DNA from: Mobula hypostoma
Lineage: Eukaryota
Assembly (NCBI RefSeq): GCF_963921235.1
Contig: NC_086107.1
Location: 111,044,001-111,108,000, forward strand
DNA length: 64,000 nucleotides
Direction of reading: 5' to 3'
Positions 1-12,123 of this stretch are shown in pieces. The translations under genes were made by a program, and so were the position numbers. Positions within the stretch are counted from its first letter, which is position 1. The number at the start of each line of letters is the position of its first letter. The notes below the pieces were generated by a model. The model made no database searches. It saw nothing but the letters and a program-made list of their open reading frames with translations, and was not told the origin of the DNA.

Positions 1-421
1 TTATCCGATCTGTGCCTCTCATAGGTATACAACACTCATTGGAAGACAGAGGAAGGAGAGGTGACCTTTTTGAAGCATTATGTATTCTGATGGGAATTGG
101 CGGGTGAATTTTGAGATGATGTTTCTATTGGGGAGGGGAGCTGTATACCTAGAACTAGAGGGCAGAGCTTCAGAAGAAGAGACCACCCATTTTGACGAAG
201 GTGAGGAGGAATTACTTCTCTCCTTCAGCTCCTGATTACGCCAAAGTAAAGAATCCAACCTGTCCTTGGAGCTTAGAACTAATCCAGGCAGTTTCCTAGC
301 AAACCTCTTCTTCAACCTCTCCACAGTATCCACATCCTTCCCAAGATGGGTTCGACAGGGCCGGTTCATACTTCTGCTTCCCGTGATCAACTGACGGTTT
401 TTTTTCCTTGCTTGTGTGCAG

Positions 422-627
422 GTCGGGAAGTGGGAGGCAAAAAGACTGACCATGAAGTACCACGTCTGGCCCCGGTACTACTTGTTCTCGGAGTCGGAAG
501 AGGAGGACGACCACCTGAGCATTGTCACGTTGGAGGAGGCGCCCTTCGTCATCGTCGAGGACGTGGACTCGCTGAGCGGGACCTGCATGAGGAACACGGT
601 CCCCTGCAGAAAGCAAGTGAAGCCAAT
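422..627 (+). CDS. GRIN2B: NMDA receptor GluN2 (GRIN2B-like) internal exon A, 206 bp: end of ATD / start of S1
   Basis: Acceptor tgtgtgcag|GTC and donor AT|gtacgt. Encodes [19 protein letters not shown]...[40 protein letters not shown], a recognisable GluN2 motif. Paralogue identity is uncertain (see findings). Confidence 0.93.
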
Positions 628-661
628 GTACGTATCAACCGCCCTGCCCCACTTTGGGTTA

Positions 662-2762
662 GAGGTAACACTCACAGCCCGCTGGAGGAACTCAGCAGGT
701 CGGGCAGCATCCGTGGAAAAGATCGGTCGACGTTTCGGGCTGGAACCCTTCGTCAGGACTGTATGGGGAAGGGGCAGAGGAGAAGGCTGGGGGGAGGGTG
801 CGAAGGAGAAGGCTAGTAGGTTCCAGGTGAAAAACCAGTAAGGGGAAAGATAAAGGGGTGGGGGAGAGGAGGCAGGGAGGTGATAGGCAGGAAAGGTGAA
901 GAAGGAATAGGGGAAAACATAATGGGTAGTAGAGAGAGGCGGAACCAAGAGGGAGGTGATAGGCAGCTGGGGGAGGGGGCAGAGTTTCATAGGGATAGGG
1001 GAAGGGAGGGGGAAGGAATTACCAGAAATTGGAGAATTCTATATTCATTACAAGGGGCTGGAGACTACCTAGACGGTATATGAGGTGTTGCTCCTCCAAC
1101 CTGAGTTTAGCCTCATCATGGTAGTAGAGGAGGCCATGTATGGACATATCTGAATGGGAGTGGGAAGCAGAGTTGAAGTGGGTGGCTACTGGGAGATCCG
1201 GTCTGTTGTGGCGGACGGAGTGGAGGTGCTCGACGAAGCGGTCCCCCAGTCTGCGTCGGGTTTCACCGATGTAGAGGAGGCCGCACCGGGAGCACCGGAT
1301 GCAATAGATGACCCCAACAGACTCACAAGTGAAGTATTGCCTCACCTGGAAGGACTGTTTAGGGCCCTGAATGGTGGCAAGAGAGGAGGTGTAGGGACAG
1401 GTGTAGCACTTACGCTTACAGGGATAAGTGCCGGGTGGGAGATCAGTGGGGATGGACGTGTGGATAAGTGAGTCGCGGAGGGACCGATCCCTGCGGAAGG
1501 CGGAGAGGGGTGGAGAGGGAAAGATATGCTTAGTGGTGGGGTCCTGTTGAAGGTGGCGGAAGTTGTGGAGGATAATGTGCTGGATCCGGAGGCTAGTGGG
1601 GTGGTAGGTGAGGACAAGGGGAACTCTGTCCCTGTTGTGGTGGCAGGAGGATGGGGTGAGGGCCGAAGTGCGGGAGATGGAGGAGATGCGGGTGAGGGCA
1701 TCATTGATGACAGCAGAAGGGAAACCACGATCCTTAAAGAAAGAGGATATTTGAGATGTCCTGGAATGGAAAACCTCATCCTCGGAACAGATGCGGTGGA
1801 GACGGAGGAACTGGGAATAGGGAATGGCATTTTTGCATGTGGCGGGGTGGGAAGAGGTATAGTTGAGGTAGTTATGAGAGTCAGTGGGCTTGTAGAAGAT
1901 GTCAGTGGACAGCCTGTCTCCAGAGATGGAGACCGACAGATCGAGAAAGGGGAGAGAAGTGTCAGAGATACACCAAGTGAATTTGAGGGCTGGGTGGAAG
2001 TTTGAAGTAAAATCGAGGAAATTGACGAGCTCAGCATGGGTGCAGGAAGCAGCACCAATGTAGTCATCAATGTATCGAAGGAAAAGTTGGGGAGCAGTAC
2101 CAGAATAGGTTTGGAGCACAGGCTGTTCCATGTAACTAACGAAGAGGCAGGCATAGCGGGGTCCCATGCAAGTTCCCATAGCTACACCTTTAGTCTGAAG
2201 AAAGTGGGAAGAGCCAAAAGAGAAGTTATTAAGTGTGAGAACCAGTTCCGCCAACCGGAGGAGGGTAGTGGTGGTGGGGAACTGGTGAGGTCTATTATCC
2301 AGAAAGTAGCTGAGGCTTTGAGGCCTTCTTGTTGGGGAATGGAGGTGTATAAGGATTGGACATCCATAGTAAAAATGAAGCGGTCGGGACCGGGGAACTG
2401 GAAGTTATTGAAGAGGTGGAGGGCATGGGATGTATCCCGGATGTAGGTGGGGAGGGACTGAACTATGGGTGACAAAATGGAGTCCAGGCAGGCAGGTACA
2501 AGTTCGGTGGGGCAGGAGCAGGCAGAAACTATGGGTCTGCCGGGACAGTCAGGCTTGTGGATCTTGGGGAGGAGGTAAAACCGAGCGGTGCAGGGTGTGG
2601 GAATTATGAGCTTAGTGGCTGAGGATGGAAGGTCTCCAGAGTTGATAAGGGCGGTGATGGTATGGGAGACAAGGGTTTGATGTCTTTTGGTGGGGTCCTG
2701 TTCCAGGGGTAAGTAAGAGGAGGTGTCAGAGAGCTGCCGTTTGGCCTCTGTGAGGTCGAGGT
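662..2762 (-). mobile_element. Penelope-like retroelement, 5'-truncated and frameshifted (RT + GIY-YIG endonuclease), with 3' terminal region
   Basis: ORFs 2182-2475 (FTMDVQSLYTSIP) and 1019-2254 (GVAMGT, RYIDD, LLYIGETRRRLGDRFVEH) lie in different frames. They are followed by a pyrimidine-rich 3' region and a hammerhead motif. Confidence 0.9.
725..760 (-). ncRNA. Minimal type-I hammerhead ribozyme motif
   Basis: Minus strand reads AGUC-CUGACGA-A-GGG(UUCCAG)CCC-GAAA-CGUC/GACC. It has a complete catalytic core, stem II, a palindromic ACGU stem III and GUC/GAC stem I. Confidence 0.8.
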
Positions 2763-2915
2763 CTCAGCTGCAGCACAAACATGTGAGGAACCGCCCAGGG
2801 TGAACTCCCACCTCTTCGCAGAAGTGCACAAGAGTCAATGTTGAGTAGCGGGGAGGTTTATTCTCTCTGCTAATCAAGGGGAAATCCAACACATTTTCTG
2901 CAAGGACCCAATATA

Positions 2916-3488
2916 TACTCAGTGGCCACTTTATTGCGCACCTCCTGGACTTGATAAAGTGGCCACTGAGGGTATGTTTGTGGCCTTCCGCTTCTGTCGC
3001 CCAGCCACTCTAAGGTTAGATGTGCTGTTCATTCAGGAATGCTCTTCTACCCACCACTGATGTAACATGTGGCTATATGAGTTACTGCCACCTTCCTATC
3101 AACTTGAAACAGTGGGGTCATCCTCCTCTGATCTCTCTCATTAACAAGGCAATTTTCCTCACAGAACTGCTGCTCACTGGATTTAAAAAAAAAAAAATTT
3201 CACACCATTCTCTGTAACTCTAGAGACTGTTGTGTGTGAAAACCCCAGGAAATCAGCAGTTTCTGAGATACTCTAACCTCCCCATCTGGCACCAACAATC
3301 ATTCCATGGTCAAAGTTATTTAGATATCATTTCTTCCCCATGCTGATATTTAGTCTGAACAACAACTGAACCTCTTGACCATGTCGGCATGCTTTTATGC
3401 ATTGAGTTGCCACCACACGATTCGCTGATCAGATACTTGCATTAACAAGCGGGTGTACAGGTGTACCTAATAAAGTGGCCACTGAGTG
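2916..3488 (-). mobile_element. Non-autonomous Tc1/mariner derivative
   Basis: TIR (C)ACTCAGTGGCCACTTTATT / AATAAAGTGGCCACTGAGTG in TA context. The interior is homologous to the transposase HTH remnant at 48490-48744. Confidence 0.85.
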
Positions 3489-3914
3489 CATACTTTGAGA
3501 GGGAGAAATCCTTTTATATAAAATATACTTTGAAATTGATTTTACATAAAGATTATTATGATGTTTCTGTAGAATAGAGATACTTAATATAGATCAAGTC
3601 AAGAGCATTGTAATGCAGTTAGATTCCCATTACATGTTTCAAGATGTGTCTATGAGAATTCCTTATCTCTCTGCAACCAGTGCAGATTATCAGTACAAAT
3701 GTGTTCTGGACCTTTGGGTGCACTCATTTTCCGGTCAGGATTGCAAATAGTGGCATAACATCTGGAAAGGAACAGAATGCATAGATTTCTGCTCCCCCCC
3801 CCCAGATTCACTTAAAGGCTGGCTGCCAGTTGTGGGGGGGGTGTGCGGAGTGAGGGAGAAGCATATCACTTGAAAGAATGCTATGCAGCAGAGAAGGGAA
3901 GGACAAATGAGAAA

Positions 3915-5550
3915 AGACCATGAAACATGTGAGCAGGATCAGGCCATTTGCCCCATTGGGTTTGCCCCACCATTCCATCATGGCTGATTCATTAACCCTC
4001 TCAACCCCATTCTCCTGCCTTTTCCACCTAACCTTTGACGCTCTTACTAATCAGAACCTGTCAACCTCCGCTTTAAATATACCCAATGACTTGGCCTCTA
4101 CAGCTGCCTATGGCAATGAATTCTACCCTCCGGCTAAAGAAATTCTTCCCCATCTTTGTTCTGAATGGATGTCCCTCTATCCTGAGGCTGTGACCTCAGG
4201 TCTTAGACTCCCCCCACTATAGGAACCATCCTGTCTGTGTAACTCTACATAGGCCTTTCAGTATCTGATAGGTTTCAATGAGATCTCCTCCTCCCCTTGC
4301 TTCTAACTCCCGCAGGTACAGGTCCAGAACCAGCGAACGCTCCTCATATGTTAACCCTTTCATTTGTGAGATCATTCTCATGAATCTGCACTGGACCCCC
4401 TCCAGTGCCGAAGGGTCTCGACCTGAAACGTCAACTCTATTTTTTTTTTTCCATAAATGCTGCCTGGCCTGCTGAGCTCCTCCAGCGTTTTGTGTGTGTT
4501 GCACATCTTGTCTTAGGTAAAGCACCTCAAATTGCTCACAATTCTCTGGAAATGAACGCTAACATTGCAATATGCCGGGAAGTGAGTGAAATGATCAGAT
4601 CCAATAGAGTCATAGAGTTATAGATCACCACAGCACAGAAACAGCCCTTCAGCCCATCTAGTCCATGTTGAACTATTATTCTGCCTAGCCCCATTGACCT
4701 GCACCCAGACCACAGCCCTCCATAACCCTCCCATCCACGTACCTATCCAAATTTTCTCTTAAGTGTTGAAATCAAATTCACATCCGCCACTTCCACAGGT
4801 AGCTCGTTCCACATTCCCACCACCCTCTGAGTGAAGAAGTTCCCCCTCCCCAGGTTCCCTTTCATCCTTAATCCATTAACCAGATTGTAGTTCTAATACA
4901 GTCTGGTAATTTTTCTGAGCAGATGGCGGAATGGTGCTAATGCTAAGCAGTGTCTTGGAAAAGTTGGCTGAATTTCCTCTGCAAATTAGCTCCAACAGAT
5001 CCTGTGGGTCTGTTGCATTGTACAAGGTGAAATGACCCAGAGAACTTTTGGGTCCCTTATCTAAGAAAGCATGTGCCGTCATTGGGGAAGGTTCAAAGTA
5101 AGGTTATGAAAATGATTCGGGGATTGAAAGACTTATCATATGAAGAGCTTTTGACGGCTCTGGGCCTCTACTCACTGGAATTCAGAAGAATGGGGGGTAA
5201 CCTCATTGAAACCTATTGATGTTGAAAGGCCTAGATAGAGCAGATGTGGGGAGGATGTTTCCTATGGTGGGGGGAGTCTAAGACCAGAGGACACAGCCTC
5301 AGAATAGATGGGGTGTCCCTTTAGAACGGAGATGAGGAGGAATTTCTTTAGTCAGAGAGTGGTGTTCGCTGGGCATATTTAAGGCAGAGGTTGATAGATT
5401 CTTGATTAGTCAGGGCGTGAAGGGATACAGGGAGAAAGCAAGAGATTGGGGCTGAGAGGAAAAAATGGATCAGCCATAATAAAATGGCGGAGCAGACTCA
5501 ATGGGCCAAATGGCCGAAATCTGCTCCTATATCTTATGGTCTTATGGTGA
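3915..5550. mobile_element. Cluster of CR1 3' fragments plus a Penelope terminal fragment (4409-4503)
   Basis: Homology to the CR1 3' ends elsewhere in the window, in mixed orientations. Confidence 0.75.
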
Positions 5551-6469
5551 AATGATCCATGGTTGTCTATACTAAGGACCTTTTTAGAGCTCTAAACCAG
5601 AAATCACTTCACATCACTGACCTCATATAAACTGGCACATAAGGACTTTGCCCTACATTTTATTCCATTGTCTGTTTTACCGAGCAATTGCACATTCTGC
5701 CGCTGTTATATATTGAGATCTCCATTTATACTTCTGGGTCACTCTTTTGTCTCCTGAAATTAGGATGAAATAGTCTGCCAGAAATCTAACTGTTCCACTT
5801 TCTCCATAGAACGAAGTCCCAATGGGTTGGGCATCCGGCATTTGGATGGATGTTACACAGCCAAACCATTAGCTTCAGGCTAAAATTTACAAATATGTTT
5901 ATTTTAAAAAGTAGGAAATGCACACCAATAAAACTCAAGCCCACTAAGCTTCAGTTGGCTCGATAAATGTACACTTCCTTGGAGCTCTTCAGATCCAGTT
6001 CTGTGATGTTCCCATTATCAGATTCGAGGTCCCTCTCCGGAAAAAAAAGATGCCTTTGGCTGCCTCACTCGGCACTCAGAAGAAAGGTGTAAAAAGATTT
6101 TGGCCCACCATCCATCCCACTCTTTTCGGTGCTGCCTGACCTGCTGAGTTCCTCCGGCATTTTGTGTGTTTTGCTTGGATTTCCAGCGTCTGCAGATTTT
6201 CTCCTGTTTGTGAGTCAGAGGCTAAAGACCACAGCACTTGTGGTGAATACCAAGAAGGTAAGGTCAGGAGAGGTGGAGGAGTGCTTACAGGACTGCCTTT
6301 GAGTCAGTGGACTAGACAATATTCAGGGATTCATCTTCGGCTCTAAACGAATATTCAGCAGTTGTCACCAACTTCATCAAAAACTGAGAGTAAGCTTTCA
6401 AAAGCCATGGATGAACCAGGAGATTCATAGTCTGCTGAAGGCTAGATCTGTGGTATTTAAAACCAGTGA

Positions 6470-7190
6470 TCCAGAACTCACCAACAAGTTCAGGTATAAC
6501 CTACAGAAGGCTATCTCAAGAGTAAAACAGTAATTTGGATTGAAGCTAGAGATGCACATCAACTCTGGCAAGGTTTGCAGACCATTACTTCCTACCAGGC
6601 AAAACCTACCATCATGGCCTGGTATGGAAGCACCAATGCCCTTGAATGGAAAATGCTACAAAAATAGTGGATATGGCCCAGTCCATCACAGGTACAGCCC
6701 TCTCCACCATTGAGGGCATCTAGACAGAGCACAGCTGCAGGAAAGTAGAATCTGTCATCAGGGAACCACATCCAGGTCATGCTCTCTTCTCACAGCTGCC
6801 ATCAGGAAGAAGGTACAGGAGCCTCAGGACCCACACCACCAGGTCCAGGAACAATTATTGCCCCTCAACCAATGGGACAACTTCACTCAGTTTCACTTGC
6901 CCCAACACTGAACTGTTCCCACAACCAATGGACTCACTTTCAAGGATGCTTCATCTCACATTCTTGATATTTATTGCTTATTTATTTATTATCATTGTTT
7001 ATCTTTTTCTTTTGTATTTGCACAGTGTGTTGTCTTTTGTTCATTGGTTGCTTGGCCATCTTGTTCACTGAATATATTGTGGTTGGATTTATTGAGTGTG
7101 CCTGCAAGAAAACGAATCCCAGGGTTGTATATGCTGACGTATGTGTACTTTGATACTGTAATAAATTTACTTTGAACTCTGAACTTTGAA
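6470..7190 (+). mobile_element. Rex1/Babar-type LINE 3' fragment
   Basis: Homologous to 29370-30240 and 57575-58250, with an aataaatttactttgaactctgaactttga tail. Confidence 0.7.
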
Positions 7191-7249
7191 TGGCAGTGAT
7201 GCTTCTCATTCAGATGAGCTCTACGCCTTTTATGCATGCTTTGAAAGAG

Positions 7250-9360
7250 AGAATAAAATTATATCTATGCGAATCCTTGCAGCACCCGGTGACCTTGTGA
7301 CCTCTGTCTCGGAGGCCAATGTCAGAACAGCTTTCAAGAGGGTGAACCGTCTCAAGGTGTGACTCCCTGATGGAGTACCTGTCAGGGCTCGGAAAACCCG
7401 TGCCAGCCAATTGGCAGAAGTGTTCAAGAACATCTTCAATCTTGCACTGCTGCTTCTAGATGTTCTAATCTGCATCAAAAGGGCCACAATCATACCAGTA
7501 CCCAAGAAGAGCAGGGTGAACTGCCCCAATGACTGTCACCCATTTGCATTCACATCTACTGTGTTCAAGTGCTTGAGAGGTTGGTCATGGCCAGAATCAA
7601 CTCCTACCTAATTAAGGACCTGGACCCACTGCAATTTGCCCATCGCCACAATAGGTCTACAGCAGATGCAATCTCATTGGCTCTCCACTTGGCCTTGGAT
7701 CAACTGGACAATTGTAGAACTTATGTCAGGCTTCTGTTTATTGGCTACAGCCCAGCGTTCAACATAATCATCCCCTCAGTTCTAATCAAAAACCTCCAAA
7801 AGCTCGACCTCCTTCTGCAACTGGAACCTTGACTTCCTCACTGGGAGACCACAATTTGTGCGGATTGGAACTAATGTCTCCTTCTTGCTGGCAATCACCT
7901 CAAGGATACATGCTACTCTACTCTTTTCACACCCACAACCACGTGGCTAGGCACAGCTCAAACACCTTCCATAAATTTGCCAATGACAGAACTATTGTTG
8001 GCAGCATTTCAGATGGTGACGGGGAGGTGTACAGAAGCAAGATAGATCAGCTGGTTGAGTGGTGTCACAGCAACAACCTGGCACTCAGTGTCAGTAAGAC
8101 CGAGAAATTAGATTAAATTAGATTAGGTTATGAGGACACGCAGTCCTCTTTTATTGTCATTTAGTAATGCATGCGTTAAGAGATGATACATTATTCCTCT
8201 GGTGTGATATCACAAAAACAAAAGACAGACCAAGACTGAAAAACTAACAAAAACCACATAATTATAACATATAGTTACAACAGTGCAACAATACCATAAC
8301 TTGATGAAGAACAGGCCATGGCACAGTAAAAAAGTTCAAAGTCTCTCAAATGTCCCACATCTCACGCAGACGGGAGAAGGAAGAAAACTCTCCCTGCCAT
8401 GCCCGACCACAGTCCGACTCTGAGTCGTCCGAAAATTTCGAGCCTCCGATCAGCCCTCCGACACCGAGTACCGAGCGCCATCTCTATCCGAACGATTTGA
8501 CCTCAGCCTCAGTCACCAGCAGCAGGCAAAGCCGGGGATTTTGGGGCCTTCCCTCCAGAAGATTCTCGATCTCCCAGTAAGAGCGGCAGCGAACCAGCGT
8601 TTCAGAAATTTCTCCAGATGTTCCTCTGTGCTTTCACGTCTGTCTCCATCAAATCAGAATTGTCCACTGCCCCTATTTAACAGAAATGATATCATTTTCA
8701 CCGGAGAGCTGTGCGCGCGCGTCACGCTGCCATCTTCTCCTCCCGACGTGGATTATGGACTTAAGGAAGGGTAAGTTGAAGGATCACACACCACCTCATT
8801 GAGGGGTCAAAAGTGGAAAGGGCGAGCAGTTTCAAGTGTCAATGTGTCTGAAGGTCTACCCTGGGCTGAATATATTGAAATACTGAAGCAAAATTGCAAA
8901 GAAGGCATGACAGTGGCTATATTTCATTAGGAGTTTGAGGAAAGTTGATATGTCATCCAAGGACACTCATAAATTTCTACAGATTTACCACGGAGAGCAT
9001 TCTCACAGGCTGCATCACCGTCCAGTGTGGAGGGGCTACTGCACAGGATCAGAAGCAACTTCAGAAAGTTGTAAACTCAGCCAGCTGCATCATGGGCACT
9101 AGCCTCCCCAGATCCAGGACATCTTCGAAGGGCAATGCCTCAAAAAGGTGGCATCCATCATTAAGGACCCCCCTCCACCCAGGATATGCCCTATTTCCAT
9201 TGTTACCATCATGGAGGATATACAGGAGCCTGAAGACCCACACCCAATGTTTCAAGAGCAGCTTCATACCCTCCATCATCAGATTTCTGAATGAACAATG
9301 AACCCATGAACACTACCTCAGTATTTTTTCCCTCTCTTTTTGCACTAAATATTTAAATTA
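7250..9360 (+). mobile_element. Degenerate Rex1/Babar-type LINE RT region, interrupted at 8107-8743
   Basis: Remnant peptides IIPVPKK, DPLQFAHRHNRSTADAISLALH..YVRLLFI and FYRFTTESILTGCIT. Confidence 0.8.
8107..8743 (-). mobile_element. Non-coding ~650-bp retroposon, copy 1
   Basis: Collinear with 35697-36377 and 55420-56101. Starts GGAGGAGAAGATGG and ends in a (TCTAA)n tail. Confidence 0.8.
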
Positions 9361-9469
9361 CCATGAAGGTCCTGCTGTTCAGCTTTCTATCCAGCTCCCT
9401 AAAATCCCTCTTCAGGACCTCTTCACCTTTCCTACCCACAGTATGTCACTGGTGCCAATATGTACTAAG

Positions 9470-9515
9470 ACATACATACATACATACATACATATATACA
9501 TACATACATATATAT

Positions 9516-9549
<34 letters not shown>
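9470..9549. repeat. (CATA)n/(TA)n/(CA)n compound microsatellite
   Basis: Directly visible. The tract continues after the SINE at 9866-9905. Confidence 0.9.
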
Positions 9550-9552
<3 letters not shown>

Positions 9553-9865
9553 GGCACGTGGCCAAGTAGTTAAGGCATTGGACTAGCGACCTGAAGGTCG
9601 TGAGTTCGAGCCCCAGCCGAGGCAGCGTGTTGTGTCCTTGAGCAAGGCACTTAATCACACAGTGCTCTGCGACGACACTGGTGCCAAGCTGTATGGGTCC
9701 TAATGCCCTTCCCTTGGACAACATCGGTGTCGTGGAGAGGGGAGACTTGCAGCATGGGTAACTGCTGGTCTTCCATACAACCTTGCCCAGGCCTGCGCCC
9801 TAGAGAGTGAAGACTTTCCAGGCGCAGATCCATGGTCTCGCAAGACTAACGGATGCCATTACTTT
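9550..9865 (+). mobile_element. tRNA-derived SINE
   Basis: A box TGGCCAAGTAG, B box GAGTTCGAG and a CORE-like gtgtccttgagcaaggcacttaa segment. A second copy is split at 17932-18024 / 19849-20071. Confidence 0.85.
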
Positions 9866-10141
9866 ACACACACACACACATATATATATATACACACACA
9901 CACATACTTATTGTAATGTATAGTTTTGTTATTATCATGTATCACATTGTACTGCTGCCACAGAACAACAACAAATTTCATGACATATGCCGATGATATT
10001 AAACTTGATTCTGATAGTTTCCTTCTGAAACCGAGAACAAGCAAAGTCAGTGTGGTAAAGAAGGAAGTAAGTTACCTTACTGGAGTAGAGAAGTGGGACA
10101 ACATTTGAAGCATGTAAAAATGAAATTAGACATGGAGAAAC

Positions 10142-10410
10142 ACAGCATTGCAGCGTAGTAGTTAGCACAACATTTAACAGTACCGGTGACCCGGGCTCAA
10201 TTCCTGACACTCTCTGTAAGGAGTTTGTATGTTCTCCCCATGACTGTGTCGGTTTCTCCCACAGTCCAAAGACCGACTGGTTGGTAGGTTAATTGGTCAC
10301 TGTAAATTGTCCCATGATTAGGCTAGGGTTAACTCTGGTGTGGTTGGGCGGTGTAGCTTGGAGGCTGGAAGGGGCTATTCCGCACTGTATATCATTAAAT
10401 AAAATAAATA
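10142..10410 (+). mobile_element. V-domain SINE (HE1-like); relatives at ~14170-14420 (+), 16450-16790 (-), 28300-28580 (-), 28955-29235 (+), 31555-32360 (+)
   Basis: tRNA-like head followed by ggagtttgtatgttctcccc...cccacagtccaaagac, a V-SINE domain. Confidence 0.75.
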
Positions 10411-11006
10411 AAACAAGGAATTAACAGCTGAAGTCATTAAACATATGGAAATGAGCGAGGGATTCTGACATTGAGCTGAATTAAGGGGATGGTTTAAAGG
10501 GGAGGAAATCTTTGGTTTGTTCTTCATGGCTTGTTCGGGTTGTTGCCTTTGGAGGGGTCGCTGGTTCGTGTCACTTCCCTCAAAGGCGCTGCAGGTTTGT
10601 GTCACTTCCCACGGAAGGGCTAGTCGGCTCCAATGCTCTCGGAGATGTTACTGAAATTCTGAGATTTATAGATTGGACTGAACTTCATATTGGCCCCGTC
10701 CAGTTCTCTGATTCTTTTCTGTTCTCGCCCATTCTTTCTTGTTGCCGATTGGTGGGCAGGAGGTTTGGGTGATCCATTAGTTTTTGTGCGAGGGAGGAGT
10801 TCGGGGGTTTGGAGTTTGTGTGTTTTTGCTTATTTTTCTTTTCATGTGATGGACGGTTGGTGTCTTTCTTTCAACTACTGCGATGGTTTTTTGTATTTTA
10901 TGGCTATCTGGAAAAGACAAATCTCAGAGTTGTATTCTGCATACATACTTTGATAATAAGATGAAAATTTGAACCTCTGAACTTTTTTTTTCTTCATTTC
11001 TTCCAG

Positions 11007-11175
11007 TAATGACACAGAAGGAGGGATGTACATCAAGCGGTGCTGTAAGGGATTTTGCATCGATATCCTGAAGAAAATTGCAAAGTATGTCAAGTTCACA
11101 TATGATTTATATCTGGTAACAAATGGAAAACACGGGAAGAAGATTAACGGGACTTGGAATGGGCTTGTTGGAGAG
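11007..11175 (+). CDS. GRIN2B: GluN2 exon B, 169 bp: S1 ligand-binding segment
   Basis: ttccag|TAAT and GAG|gtaggt. Phase matches exon A (AT+T = Ile). Encodes [56 protein letters not shown]. Confidence 0.95.
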
Positions 11176-11348
11176 GTAGGTCAATCACAAAATGGAATTG
11201 TCTTAAAGGTGATTTAAAATTTGGACTAAAACAGGGCAAACCAAGGTCAATGTCAAGATGAACTGGTATTTTATGAAAGAACTGGAGGTTAAGAATTTAT
11301 AAAGTTGCAATAACGGTTAAGTATTAGAGCCTTTAGTGCTATAATGTA

Positions 11349-12123
11349 CACTCAGTAGCCACTGAGTGTATGTTCACGGTCTTCTGCTGCTGTAGCCCGT
11401 CCACTTCAAGGTTCGACATGGTCTGCATTCAGAGATGCTCTTCTGCACATCACTGTTGTAAAACATGGTTATTTAAGTTACTGTCACCTTCCTGTCAGCT
11501 TGAACCAGTCTGGCCATTCTCCTCTGACCTCCCTCATTAACAAGGCCTTCTTTCCCTCTGTCATCTGTTTTCCTAATGGACATTGAACCCACAATCACTA
11601 CCTCACTACTTTTTTATTTATGTTTTTTTTTGCATTACTTATTTTAACTTAACAATTTAATATACAAATACATACTTATTGTAATTCAACTTTTTTCTCT
11701 ATATTTATTTATTATGTATTTCATTGTACTGCTGCAGTAAAGTTTACAAATTTCATGACACATGCCGGTGATATTAAACCTGGTTCAGATTCCGATTCGC
11801 CTACAGAACCGCCACTCACTGGAAGTTTTTTTTTGTTTCTCGCACCACTCTCTGTAAACTCTAGACACTGTTGTGGTTGAAAATCCCAGGAGATCAGCAG
11901 TTTCTGAGATACTCAAACCACCCCATCTGACACCAGCAATTATTCCATGGTCAAAGTCAGTCACTTAGATCACACGTCTTCCCTATTCCGATGTTTGGTC
12001 TGAACTACAACTGAACCTCTTGACCACGTCTGCGTGCTTTAATGCATTGAGTTGCTACCATATGATTGGCTGATTAGATATGTGCTTTAACGAGCAGGTG
12101 TATCTAATAAAGTGGTCATGGTG
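11349..12123 (-). mobile_element. Tc1 derivative, interrupted by a LINE tail (~11545-11797)
   Basis: Same family as 2916-3488. Confidence 0.8.

Noticed and set aside
19..990. Several ORFs overlapping exon A
   Set aside because: Only 422-627 is bounded by splice sites and homologous to GluN2. The rest is intron, repeat or antisense sequence.
1154..2446. Overlapping alternative-frame ORFs (270, 159, 136 and 105 aa)
   Set aside because: Shadows of the Penelope ORF.
9550..9625. tRNA-like sequences (also 50130-50205)
   Set aside because: These are SINE heads. They continue into repeat bodies and I see no complete cloverleaf.
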